A stretch of 44,344 nt of DNA from Candidatus Micrarchaeota archaeon (GCA_043807785.1 JAZDFO010000068.1:1-44344); one strand, 5' to 3'. Shown: positions 36,212-44,344, numbered from the stretch's first letter. A program made the numbers and translations. The notes: a model not told the origin generated them from the sequence alone.

Positions 36212-37846
36212 TTACGCCTTTTGGCTCGATTTTTTGTCGGCTGACGTGATTTCGAGTATGCGGTCGAGCCGGAACACCCTCTCTGCCTGCCGCTTGAAGC
36301 AAAATGCCTTCATTCCAAGGTACTTCTTTCCCATGTACTCCATTTCGCCTACTTCCAGCGGCTGTACCGTGCGCTTGCTTTTCACGTCACTGGCCTTCAG
36401 ATAGACTATTTCCAGCGGCGTCTTGTTTTCAATCGCCTCTTCCACGAGCTCGGTTTTGCGTTTGAGCGGCGTCTGCTCTTCCGCCTTGCCGTATTGGTAG
36501 CTTGTAGTGAACTTGACGACCCTCCAGTCGGTGAAAACGTGTTTTTTCTCAACCGGTTTTTCGAGCGTTATGCCCTGCAGGGTGCGGCAGCGGCTCAAGG
36601 CGACGTAGAGCTGGCCGGGCGTGAACGTGCCTCTTCCGAGGTTGACGTGCACCCTATCGAAAGTCTTGCCCTGGCTCTTGTGGATAGTCACCGCCCACGC
36701 GAGTTTCATGGGGATTTGCGTAAACGAGCCGATGGTCCTGGAATCCAACGCCGCCCTTCCCTCGTTATAGAAATACTCGAACACGGTCCAAGTGTGTGGC
36801 GTCACTTCAACCCCGAAGCCATTCTGCAGCACGACGTTTACGCACTCCTTTTCCCCGCGTTGGCCAAAGCCAGTCACTTCCCCGACAGTGCCGTTCACCC
36901 ACCGTCCTGCGGCATCGTTGTTCAACATCATTATTTGCGCGCCTTTCTTCACGCGCAGCAGCTCGCCTGCAGGGCAGTGGCCTTCCTTGAATCCGCCTTT
37001 GATTACTGCCTTGAATTCGTGCGCCGGCGTCTTGAGGGAGGACAAGTGTTGTTCGTTGATGCCGTCCGCCAAGTCGTTGGTCGTAGTAAGCGTGACGCAG
37101 AAGCCGTCGTCCGCCTGCTTGGATTGCGGCAGGCAGCGTCGGTTGAGCGCGCGCAGCTCGTTTTCGCCGACGGTGTTGTTCCGGATGGCGTTTAGTAAGC
37201 TTATGAACGAGTCGTCTTTCTGCCGGTAGATTTTCTCGAGCTCGACGTACCCGAAGTTTGCCGGCGAGAAGGCCTTCGAGTCGAAAAAGTATGGGCTTCC
37301 GTAGTGCTCGCGGAACAAGTCTCTTTCCTTGCCGGTCACGACGGGCGGGAGTTGGTACAAGTCGCCGAAGAAAATCATTTGGACGCCTCCGAACGGCTCG
37401 TTTTTCTTCCCTCGGTTGAGTCGCAGGGACTTGTCCATGCAGTCGAGCAGGTCGGCGCGCACCATGGAAGCCTCGTCGATTACGAGCGCGTCGAGTTCTG
37501 CGTAGAGCGTTATGCGCTCTCCCCACGCCTTCTTGATTTTGTTGGGCGTAATGTCTGGCTTGAAGCCGAAGAAGGAGTGGATGGTTTGCCCGCCGACGTT
37601 GACTGCCGCCACCCCTGTAGGCGCCAGCACGGCAACTTGTTTGCCGGTTTTGGTTGTGAAGTAGCTGAGCAACGTGGACTTTCCGGTTCCTGCCTTGCCG
37701 GTCACCAGCACGTTATCGCCAGTCCCTTCCATGAGCTGCATGGCCTTGGAAAACTCGTCGTTGAAGTCTATTTCCTCGGGTTTCAAGCCCGCTGCCGTAT
37801 TCCCCCACGGTTGCTGCGCATCCGGCGCGCTTTCCTTTGAACTCAA
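36212..37846 (-). CDS. Pif1/RecD-family (SF1B) helicase with a C-terminal WYL-like domain
   Basis: 544 aa. VTGKAGTGKSTLL, LVIDEASMV, FFGDLYQLPPV, TIHKSQG. C-terminal KRTVQPLEVGEMEYMGKKYLGMKAFCFKRQAERVFRLDRILEI. The start is uncertain: TTG at 37846, and the first ATG lies after conserved N-terminal sequence. Confidence 0.85.
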   Translation of the reverse strand: MSSKESAPDAQQPWGNTAAGLKPEEIDFNDEFSKAMQLMEGTGDNVLVTGKAGTGKSTLLSYFTTKTGKQVAVLAPTGVAAVNVGGQTIHSFFGFKPDITPNKIKKAWGERITLYAELDALVIDEASMVRADLLDCMDKSLRLNRGKKNEPFGGVQMIFFGDLYQLPPVVTGKERDLFREHYGSPYFFDSKAFSPANFGYVELEKIYRQKDDSFISLLNAIRNNTVGENELRALNRRCLPQSKQADDGFCVTLTTTNDLADGINEQHLSSLKTPAHEFKAVIKGGFKEGHCPAGELLRVKKGAQIMMLNNDAAGRWVNGTVGEVTGFGQRGEKECVNVVLQNGFGVEVTPHTWTVFEYFYNEGRAALDSRTIGSFTQIPMKLAWAVTIHKSQGKTFDRVHVNLGRGTFTPGQLYVALSRCRTLQGITLEKPVEKKHVFTDWRVVKFTTSYQYGKAEEQTPLKRKTELVEEAIENKTPLEIVYLKASDVKSKRTVQPLEVGEMEYMGKKYLGMKAFCFKRQAERVFRLDRILEITSADKKSSQKA

Positions 37847-37883
37847 TCTGGTTTCGCCCGCCTTTTACAATCCGTTTTCCGAT

Positions 37884-39287
37884 TTATTCCCATAGCAGCT
37901 TGGTTTGTCCTCCTGCCCTGCCCCTCGTCTGGCTGACGTGCAAAAGCAGGGGAAAGTTGTTCGTGCATTTTCCTATTGCGATGCATTGCCCGACGCCGAG
38001 GTTCTTGACGATGCCAAGGCTAGCGGGGTCGATGACTTGCGCGCTGGACACGAAGGCGATGTCGTTGTCGGAGGAGAAGTTGAATGTGAACAAGTTGTCG
38101 CACTGGCGGAAGACCATGGAAGGCAGCGTCGTTGGCTCGTTGGTGATGATGACGGAGTAGATGCCGAGGTGGCGCATGCGCGTTATCACGTCGTCCCAGA
38201 ATTCCTTCTCGAAGTAGTTCTGCGCCTCTTCCGCGAAGAGAAAGATCTTGCCTTCGTCCCGCAAGCCGGCGCTGATAAGCTGCCGCAGGATGTAGACGAT
38301 TGAAAGCTCCTTGACCTTCTCGCCTTGGCGGAACATGTTCAACACTACCGCGCCGCCAAAACGCGCTTTTTCCAACGCCTGCCTGAAGTTGAATTCCCCA
38401 AAGACGCCGAGGCTCGCCGCGTAGTCAATGCGCGCCAGCGCCGCGTTCATCGAGCCGGGAGTGCTTTTGCTCAATTCCACCCATTGCTTTAAGTCTTTGA
38501 GGCTCTTGCCGGCAGCGTTTTCCGCCCAGTAGCGTGCGAAGAGGCGGAAGGCGTTGTGGTTTTCCTCGATTTGGCACATGCGCGCGAACGTCTCGAAGCT
38601 GATGCCGTCGAGGGGAATGAAGAAGTTCCTGCCGGGAACGAGTTCGACGATTCCGCCTGCAAGCCCGCTCTCCCCGCCGTTTTGCAGGTTCTTCAGCGAC
38701 GCGTATTCTCCGTTGACGTCCAAGACGACCGCCGGCGCGTTGTTGGCTAAGAGCTCTTCCAGCAGTTTCTTTGCCAAATGCGATTTTCCGCTCCCCTTCC
38801 TTCCGGTAATAAGCGTGACTCCCTGCAGGCTGGCCAAATCGATGGCGAAATCCAGGCCCGAGCCCTGCATCTTGCCTATATTCGCCGGCTTTTTCGGTTC
38901 GAAGCCCAGCAGGGATACGATTTCCTGCTCGCTGAGCCTTTTGACGGCCGCGTTGTCAGCGGGAAGCTTCAGTAACCCGGGCGAGAACCTGCCTTCCTTG
39001 ACCGTTCCGCGTATCTTGCATTTGGCGAGGCGGAAGGAAGACAATTGCCTGCCGTATTTGTCGTTGATTTCGCGCGCAAGCTCCGCGTTTGGGCCTTCGA
39101 GGCTGTCGAGCAAGTCGGTGAACACTTTGCGCAGGCCGCCGTACTGCAAGTCGTACGCCTGTGCGACCACCTGCATTTCGCCGTCGGAAACCAGCACGCA
39201 GTCGCCGATTTTGAGCTTGTCGCCCTCGCCGAAGGCCACGCCCAGCTCGTCGCCGTGCTTATGCAATACTTTCAGCCCCCCGGCCAT
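37884..39287 (-). CDS. HerA/FtsK-like (DUF87-type) P-loop ATPase
   Basis: Walker A TGRKGSGKSH and Walker B-like KIFLFAEEAQNYF. N-terminal barrel-like GDCVLVSDGEMQVVAQAYDL. The ATG at 39287 is preceded by GGGGGA. The alternative ATG at 39362 abuts the upstream stop (TAGATG). Confidence 0.8.
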   Translation of the reverse strand: MAGGLKVLHKHGDELGVAFGEGDKLKIGDCVLVSDGEMQVVAQAYDLQYGGLRKVFTDLLDSLEGPNAELAREINDKYGRQLSSFRLAKCKIRGTVKEGRFSPGLLKLPADNAAVKRLSEQEIVSLLGFEPKKPANIGKMQGSGLDFAIDLASLQGVTLITGRKGSGKSHLAKKLLEELLANNAPAVVLDVNGEYASLKNLQNGGESGLAGGIVELVPGRNFFIPLDGISFETFARMCQIEENHNAFRLFARYWAENAAGKSLKDLKQWVELSKSTPGSMNAALARIDYAASLGVFGEFNFRQALEKARFGGAVVLNMFRQGEKVKELSIVYILRQLISAGLRDEGKIFLFAEEAQNYFEKEFWDDVITRMRHLGIYSVIITNEPTTLPSMVFRQCDNLFTFNFSSDNDIAFVSSAQVIDPASLGIVKNLGVGQCIAIGKCTNNFPLLLHVSQTRGRAGGQTKLLWE

Positions 39288-39362
39288 CGCTTTTCCCCCG
39301 GCGGGTATTGGGCTTGGGAAGGAAGAAAAACCTGCCGGCACCGCGTTTCCCCTAGGCGGCAT

Positions 39363-39668
39363 CTAAAGCATATCGAGTTTTTTCTTAAGCGCCTTGGCCG
39401 TTTCGTAAATCCGCAGTTCTCTGGCCTTCGGACTCACTCCGTACCGTTTGGTTGGAGCTCCTGTCGGAGATTTCCCCGGCACTTCAGCAACGATTCTCTT
39501 TGCCTTCATTTCTTTAAGGACCTTGGAAAGCCCCGGCTCCGTCAGTCCAGTGGCGACCACGAGCTCTGACCAGCTTCTGGGCTCCTTGTGGGTGGCTTGC
39601 AGCACCTTGTAGGTCGAATCCCGCATCAGCAACGCCACCGCTCCCCATTCAGCAGGCTTGTATCGCAT
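39363..39668 (-). CDS. Small winged-helix (ArsR/MarR-like) DNA-binding protein
   Basis: 101 aa. RSWSELVVATGLTEPGLSKVLKEMKAKRIVAE. First gene of the cassette. Confidence 0.65.
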   Translation of the reverse strand: MRYKPAEWGAVALLMRDSTYKVLQATHKEPRSWSELVVATGLTEPGLSKVLKEMKAKRIVAEVPGKSPTGAPTKRYGVSPKARELRIYETAKALKKKLDML

Positions 39669-39681
39669 GACATTGAAAACA

Positions 39682-39723
39682 ACTTAACTCGATTTAAGCC
39701 GATTACTTGTCTATCAGTTAAGT
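39682..39723. promoter_or_regulatory. 8-bp inverted repeat (ACTTAACT / AGTTAAGT, 26-nt spacer) next to a bidirectional TATA box
   Basis: Repeat arms at 39682..39689 and 39716..39723. TATATAAAAA at 39724..39733. It lies between the divergent genes at 39668 (minus strand) and 39775 (plus strand). Confidence 0.35.
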
Positions 39724-39774
39724 ATATAAAAACAGTCGTAGCAGTTATACTCAGCCAATTTGGGCGGTGAGAGT

Positions 39775-40050
39775 ATGGTTGAGGACAAAAAGGACACAAT
39801 TCAGGAATTGAAGCGAAGAGAATATACCGTTACGAGTACGCCCGACAAGGGGTTGCTTGTTGAAAAAGACACTTTTTGGGGCAACTTCTCATACGATACG
39901 GGAATAGGCAAAGATACCTCTCATATCAAATGGGGCCGCACAATCCTCTTGATGATTATTTACGGAATCGGGATAATTGGCGGCCTATATTGGCTGTACC
40001 GAAAAGGCCAATTTCGTCAAGAGGTCATTAGCATCGTAGGAGGAAAATAG
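39775..40050 (+). CDS. Small protein with a C-terminal TM helix
   Basis: Track ORF 39760..40050 (TTG start); ATG at 39775. TM segment TILLMIIYGIGIIGGLYWLY. Lower-GC region. Confidence 0.4.
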   Translation: MVEDKKDTIQELKRREYTVTSTPDKGLLVEKDTFWGNFSYDTGIGKDTSHIKWGRTILLMIIYGIGIIGGLYWLYRKGQFRQEVISIVGGK

Positions 40051-40608
40051 GTGAGATATGTGATAAAACCAATAATTTTGTTGATTGCCGTAGCCATTTT
40101 GCTTTCTGGCTGCACAAGCAGTGAAGTCAAAAAAGTTGATGCTGCCGCCTCACAAACCGCGGCGACTTCCACGCCAGACGTAAAAACGTTCAAGGTTGCC
40201 GGGGTCGGAGAGACGCTGACCAATGACGAACTTAAGATCACACTCAATTCTGCTGAATTCATGGAGGCCATACCCAGCCAAAACGAGTACTTGACTGCCA
40301 TTGCAAAGGCGGACTATACCTTTGCCGTCGTTGAGGTGACTATAGAAAACGTTTACTCCAAACCATCGGCGGTTAGCAGCCTCATCCAGTTCAAGGTCGT
40401 GGACTCAGATGGCTACAAATATGACATGTCATTCGCAGGCTACACTGCCTTGGACCTGCACCTGGATGGAACACTTCAACCGGGGGATAAAGTAAGAGGA
40501 AAACTCGCCTTCGAAGTGCCAAAAAGCTCAAAAGACCTGCAAATGGTTTTTAATTTTGGCTTAACCGACACTGCGCAGGCTAAATTCACTTTGGGGACAC
40601 CGAAGTAA
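40051..40608 (+). CDS. Lipobox protein with a DUF4352-like beta-sandwich domain
   Basis: GTG start with GGAGGA 6 nt upstream. MRYVIKPIILLIAVAILLSGC lipobox. FAVVEVTIENVYSKPSAVSSLIQFKVVDSDGYKY resembles DUF4352. Confidence 0.65.
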   Translation: MRYVIKPIILLIAVAILLSGCTSSEVKKVDAAASQTAATSTPDVKTFKVAGVGETLTNDELKITLNSAEFMEAIPSQNEYLTAIAKADYTFAVVEVTIENVYSKPSAVSSLIQFKVVDSDGYKYDMSFAGYTALDLHLDGTLQPGDKVRGKLAFEVPKSSKDLQMVFNFGLTDTAQAKFTLGTPK

Positions 40609-40721
40609 ATTGGGCTAACGGGTAATTTGCCTGAAAGCGTGCTTGGCCGGAGGATTGGCTGTTGGCATTGCCTTGGCGCTCTTCCTTTCCTATATAGCAA
40701 TTCCGCCTTGTGCCCGCGTTT

Positions 40722-41282
40722 TCAGGATGCTTGATTGGCGGCGGGGAAATACCCTCGCGCTTTCATGATGTTGTCCAGCCCTGGGTAAGTCATCAGGTTC
40801 AATGCGATGCCGATGGAGCGCTGTTTTCCGCCCGCGTTCATGTTAAACGTGTCCTGCAGCTGGAAATAGGCGTCGACGTAAGCGTCTTGGGCTTGTTTTC
40901 CTTGCAAAAACTTAAGTCCCCCCAACGCGTTTGCAGCCGCCAGTCGAACCCGCGCCTCGTCATCCTCAATTGCTGTAAGCAAAACGCCTGCAAGCTCCGC
41001 GATTTTCTTATCTAAAACACAGCTGAAGCGAAGCGCGCCCAGCCCGCGCAGGCCGCCGTACCGTTCCTGCCATTTTCTGCTGCCGTACATGCGCATGCAC
41101 CCGTCCCTAACCATTTCGAGCGCCCGTGTGGCCTGCCTGCCCCTTAGTTCTCCAAACCTTTCTTCTAAATGGCGCTTGCACAACGCGTCGATTTCCTTTA
41201 CCACCTGCTTGATTTCCGGGGTTGAGCCGCTTCCAAGCCGCACGACGATGCCTTTGACTGTTTCCGTCCAGCCCTTTTTCAT
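40722..41282 (-). CDS. HEAT-repeat-like protein
   Basis: Track ORF runs to 41321. The ATG at 41282 overlaps the upstream stop (ATGA). EDDEARVRLAAANALGGL is HEAT-like. Confidence 0.6.
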   Translation of the reverse strand: MKKGWTETVKGIVVRLGSGSTPEIKQVVKEIDALCKRHLEERFGELRGRQATRALEMVRDGCMRMYGSRKWQERYGGLRGLGALRFSCVLDKKIAELAGVLLTAIEDDEARVRLAAANALGGLKFLQGKQAQDAYVDAYFQLQDTFNMNAGGKQRSIGIALNLMTYPGLDNIMKARGYFPAANQAS

Positions 41283-42115
41283 ACCGTCGGACCTCCAGGA
41301 ATCCCGGCGTCTTTCCCGCATTGTTTGAGGCCTTCGTCAGCACCGTTTTGTTCGCCCATAGCATTACCTGCCAAATCTTGCGCCAGGGGTGCGATAACCA
41401 GGTTTGCCCCGTTTTTGTTCAGCCACCGCCGCCTATCTCGGTAGTCGGGAACTGCTTTTTCGACCAGCGACCAGAACGCCGGCGAATGGCCTTTTTCCTT
41501 CAAGTGCGCCAGCTCGTGCATGATGACGTAGTCCAAGTGCTCCGGGGGAGCCAGCAGGAGCCTGAAGCTAAGGTTGATGTTGCCGTCCTGCGAGCAGCTG
41601 CCCCAGTTCGACAGGTTGTCCTTGATGAACACTTTGCGCGGCGCGAACCCGAAGTGCTTGTCATTCAGCTCCCTCACGCGCTTGTCGACCTGTGGCAGAA
41701 GGACGCTTGAAATCACGCGCCTGGCGAGGTTGGAAACGTGCTTTTGGCGGACGGATTCGCCGATTCCCTGCGCGAGCACGACCTCCACCACGCCGCCACT
41801 GAACCCCGCGGAAGACGACTTTTCCCCCCTGCCATCCCTTACGCTAACCCGGAATTCCCGGCCCCAAACCCTTGCAACCTGCCCGTCGAAAAAATCCAGC
41901 CCCCTGCGCTCAAACCTATCGGGCGCATTTCGCAGGCCGGCAACAATTTTTTCCTCAAGTTCCGCCGCAGCCCTGAACTGCTCTTCCCTCGGCCACGACA
42001 CCGGAACCTTGATGAAAATCGTGCCGCAGCGGACGCTAGCACGAGCGCGCCTTGCATGCGTGCCCACTCGCCTGACCGCATACTGTTTTCCGTTGACTTC
42101 GATGGTCTTCTCCAT
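41279..42115 (-). CDS. DUF45/YgjP-like (WLM/SprT-like) zinc metallohydrolase
   Basis: Track ORF runs to 42253; the ATG at 42115 gives MEKTIEVNGKQYAV. LDYVIMHELAHLKEKGHSPAFWSLVEKAVPDYRDRRRWL contains HExxH. Confidence 0.8.
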   Translation of the reverse strand: MEKTIEVNGKQYAVRRVGTHARRARASVRCGTIFIKVPVSWPREEQFRAAAELEEKIVAGLRNAPDRFERRGLDFFDGQVARVWGREFRVSVRDGRGEKSSSAGFSGGVVEVVLAQGIGESVRQKHVSNLARRVISSVLLPQVDKRVRELNDKHFGFAPRKVFIKDNLSNWGSCSQDGNINLSFRLLLAPPEHLDYVIMHELAHLKEKGHSPAFWSLVEKAVPDYRDRRRWLNKNGANLVIAPLAQDLAGNAMGEQNGADEGLKQCGKDAGIPGGPTV

Positions 42116-42276
42116 TTCCCGTTCCTCTTCGTGGCGAGACTCAATTCGTGCCTCCAATTTAAAAACCGTATCTGCGAGTAATAAAAGGCAGCCGGCATAA
42201 CCCGTATCGGGAAAAACCGGAGTTCTACAAAAATTGGTCCGGAAATGGCCCATATAGCATTAATGCCGCATCAGCC

Positions 42277-42549
42277 TTGAAGGGGCCATGCCTGGAGCCG
42301 GGGCAATACCAGTCCGGGCATTCGGATGCGCTGCTGGAACTTTTCAAGCAATACCTCGTGACGGACGAGAGATATGTCGCGCGGCTCAAGAGGCATTACG
42401 AAATGTTCAAGGCAAAGGTTCGGGAAATTGCGGGAAAGCAACGACTCTCAGAGAGCGCAGGCCGTGAGAGCGTGCCGAAAGCCGGCAGGAACGATTCATG
42501 CCCGTGCGGCTCCGGGAAGAAATACAAGAAATGCTGCCTGAAGCAGTGA
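42277..42549 (+). CDS. Small SEC-C motif protein
   Basis: The C-terminus [18 protein letters not shown] is the SEC-C metal-binding motif. Start uncertain (TTG at 42277). Confidence 0.6.
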   Translation: MKGPCLEPGQYQSGHSDALLELFKQYLVTDERYVARLKRHYEMFKAKVREIAGKQRLSESAGRESVPKAGRNDSCPCGSGKKYKKCCLKQ

Positions 42550-42558
42550 GGCGTTCGC

Positions 42559-42918
42559 ATGGCGGGAAGCGCATTTCTCGGTTGGGAGGAAATAACGAAG
42601 TTGCGCAGCCGGAAAAGGAGAACGGCGGAGATAATGGTGGACTGCAACGGAGAAGACGAGTGCGATGCCACCATGGAATCCTACGCCGTGGATTGCCTGC
42701 AGTGCCCGTTCGAGGCGAGGATGCGCGGATCGGGCAAAGGCGAGAAGTTTCGGGTGCTTGGAGTGGTTTGCGGGGAGGGCGGGCAAATCCGTTGCAAAGC
42801 GGACGTGCGCGGCGCAATTGTGCGCATTGCGCTCCTGGACATAGAGCCGCTCTCAAGCGCCGGCACGACGAACCGCAGGGTTATCGAGGATTACCAAGAG
42901 TATGCGCGCGGTTGGTGA
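42559..42918 (+). CDS. Hypothetical small protein adjacent to the SEC-C gene
   Basis: 119-aa ORF. The pattern VDCNGEDE...CPFEA...V.V....... .IALLDIE...........IEDYQEY..W recalls a small conserved family I cannot name with confidence. A T7 run follows at 42962..42968. Confidence 0.4.
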   Translation: MAGSAFLGWEEITKLRSRKRRTAEIMVDCNGEDECDATMESYAVDCLQCPFEARMRGSGKGEKFRVLGVVCGEGGQIRCKADVRGAIVRIALLDIEPLSSAGTTNRRVIEDYQEYARGW

Positions 42919-43115
42919 AGAAGGCTGCGAAATCGCTGGCGAGGGAGTTGGGGCGCCGTGATTTTTTTGTAATTGTTTAGGAACCGAGGGCGTTGCTACT
43001 TCTACTAATCACGCCCTGGGCACAAGCCTAGCCGTTGGCTAGACGCCTCAATATCGGTTGCATCAGAATGCCGAATTTGACGCCACCTATAAATTACCCT
43101 TTGAAAAAGAGCGCG

Positions 43116-43739
43116 TCAATCATTTTTATCGTAAATCCTTTGCGAAAATTTATTTGCATTTTCAAGAAATATGCTGCTGATACTCAGAACATATTGTTTT
43201 TTCATAAAATTATATCTGCGGGAAAAATAATATGAATCCGGGCCGAGGGAAAGGGGGTATTGAAATTCTTCCCCCAGTTTTTTCTCGTTACTAGTTAATG
43301 CTTTCTTACTTTCAGCGAGGTAAGCCGCTGCAGAAGCTTCTGAATTGAAGGAAGTCATGAAAATCGAGTAACTGTCCTTGCCATCCTTGCAAATGACTGC
43401 CTTGCTATCCACACAGCCGGGAATCTTCTCAATCTTGTATTCGCGGGCAGTATCTGGAAGGGTTGCGCAGAATTGCCGAAAGTCGGATGGAATGAAATCT
43501 GGAATACTTTCATCGCCTATCTTGGACAATGCCGCAGATGTAGGCATGCCACTCCATTTGACCATCTGTTCGATGTATCCTGCAGGCAACTTATCGGTTG
43601 ACGGAACGGGGTTTGAAATAGTCGTCGGAAATGGAGAAAGAATCGGAGTAGCCGTAGGTTGGACTTGATTTTGGCTAGGAGTGCTAAGACATCCTACGAA
43701 GATAATGAGTAAAGTAACCAGTCCAATTGATTTAATCAT
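43116..43739 (-). CDS. Lipobox protein, unknown function (low-GC region)
   Basis: Track ORF runs to 43820. The ATG at 43739 gives MIKSIGLVTLLIIFVGC, followed by a Pro/Thr/Ser-rich linker. Confidence 0.5.
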   Translation of the reverse strand: MIKSIGLVTLLIIFVGCLSTPSQNQVQPTATPILSPFPTTISNPVPSTDKLPAGYIEQMVKWSGMPTSAALSKIGDESIPDFIPSDFRQFCATLPDTAREYKIEKIPGCVDSKAVICKDGKDSYSIFMTSFNSEASAAAYLAESKKALTSNEKKLGEEFQYPLSLGPDSYYFSRRYNFMKKQYVLSISSIFLENANKFSQRIYDKND

Positions 43740-44083
43740 ATTTATCGGAAAAACTATTCTTAACGTCAATAAAAAGGCCTTACTTCGCTGGAATAGATTC
43801 AATTTCCAGATTTTTGGCACCGCAGTGGCAAATTTGGCACGAATTCTAATGAGGCCCTGGCTGCAATACTATTAGCTGTCGCTGGAAAGGCGGCAAGGTG
43901 CATAATCGTGTAAACGATGGCCCGCGTTGGTTTTACTGGCTTTAGCATTTTTGGCCTTTGCCTATGTTCGCCTCGTTTTTTGACGAGCGGGAAGTGCAAG
44001 CTATAAATAGCGGTTTGGCAAGACCAGCCACGCCAAAGGTGGTCAAAGGAATAACGCGAAAAACGAGTAAAAATTAGTCAAAG

Positions 44084-44161
44084 GACTGCCAACAATGTGG
44101 TGTCCTAGGGCGGGAGTTCGACTCCCTGTCCGGGCGTCATGCCTACCGCTAGTAGGCAGTC
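44084..44161 (+). other. Structured non-coding element with a tRNA T-arm-like hairpin (not a callable tRNA)
   Basis: Outer 7-bp pairing GACTGCC/GGCAGTC. Inner GGGAG-TTCGA-CTCCC at 44112..44126 and TGCCTAC-CGCTA-GTAGGCA at 44140..44158. TATA-like CTATAAATAG at 44001..44010. Confidence 0.2.
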
Positions 44162-44344
44162 CGGCAATTAAGTTTAAAAACTATCGTGCGCTTCAGGTTA
44201 TGTGCCTCGCCCCCCAATTGCAATAGTCTTGTCGCGAAAGGAGCGCAAGCTCTTGCAAGAAAACACTCGACCGAGTTCCCAGTACCGCTTTGTGCAACGT
44301 GCAAGAGTCATCCTGCAAGCAGCTCGAGGCCTTTCAAACAACGA

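Noticed and set aside
35749-36249. 166-aa plus-strand ORF as a real gene
   Set aside because: Its first ~110 codons are antisense to the fumarase alpha subunit gene. Only the 32 codons from the ATG at 36085 show homology (cyclophilin), so it is treated as a truncated pseudogene.
38554-39366. 270-aa plus-strand ORF (also 37905..38303 and 39045..39569)
   Set aside because: These are antisense to the HerA-like ATPase, which carries Walker motifs. Their Ser/Pro/Leu-rich composition marks them as shadows.
44112-44135. tRNA gene call from the GGGAGTTCGACTCCC T-arm-like sequence
   Set aside because: The loop is only 5 nt if the 5-bp stem is kept. With a 7-nt TTCGACT loop the stem mispairs. No complementary 5' acceptor strand (CCGGACA), D-arm or anticodon arm could be placed on either strand. 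It is kept only as a structured or tRNA-like fragment.

Overview
The window reads as a very gene-dense archaeal chromosomal segment. GC looks like roughly 58-60% by eye, with lower-GC stretches near 39.7-40.7 kb and 43.0-44.1 kb. The archaeal assignment rests on the L7Ae-S28e-L24e operon, NAC, CDC48, a split transketolase, six proteins with class III (type IV pilin-like) signal peptides, and an A24 prepilin peptidase.

Housekeeping genes:
- D-2-hydroxyacid dehydrogenase
- split transketolase
- class I/II aminotransferase
- TRAM protein
- ribosomal proteins L7Ae, S28e and L24e
- NAC
- RNA 3'-phosphate cyclase
- EndoQ-like PHP nuclease
- GGPP synthase
- two-subunit class I fumarase
- CDC48, which carries a 484-aa LAGLIDADG intein in the D1 P-loop

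Accessory content:
- A decayed toxin-antitoxin patch at 10.8-12.1 kb, with a PIN remnant, a coiled-coil gene remnant and a retropepsin-like/DUF5678-like pair.
- A pilin/DUF4143-ATPase patch at 15.1-17.4 kb with 57-nt direct repeats and a second ATPase remnant.
- A dense toxin-antitoxin island at 17.5-23.6 kb: one canonical AbiEi/AbiEii pair, one reversed-order pair, a SWIM + wHTH pair and a DUF3368/UPF0175 pair.
- A pilin/prepilin-peptidase locus at 23.7-25.7 kb.
- A VapBC pair at 29.3-29.9 kb.

The best candidate for an undescribed system is a three-gene cassette at 36.2-39.7 kb: a wHTH protein, a HerA-like ATPase, and a Pif1-family helicase with a WYL-like tail. It sits where a cyclophilin gene has been cut off after 32 codons.

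I also see a textbook kink-turn that wraps the Shine-Dalgarno sequence of the L7Ae mRNA. The three ribosomal proteins carry unusual Lys/Ala/Glu/Pro-rich tails.

I found no rRNA gene, no CRISPR array, no transposase and no convincing tRNA gene. All family assignments come from motif recognition by eye and have not been checked by database search.
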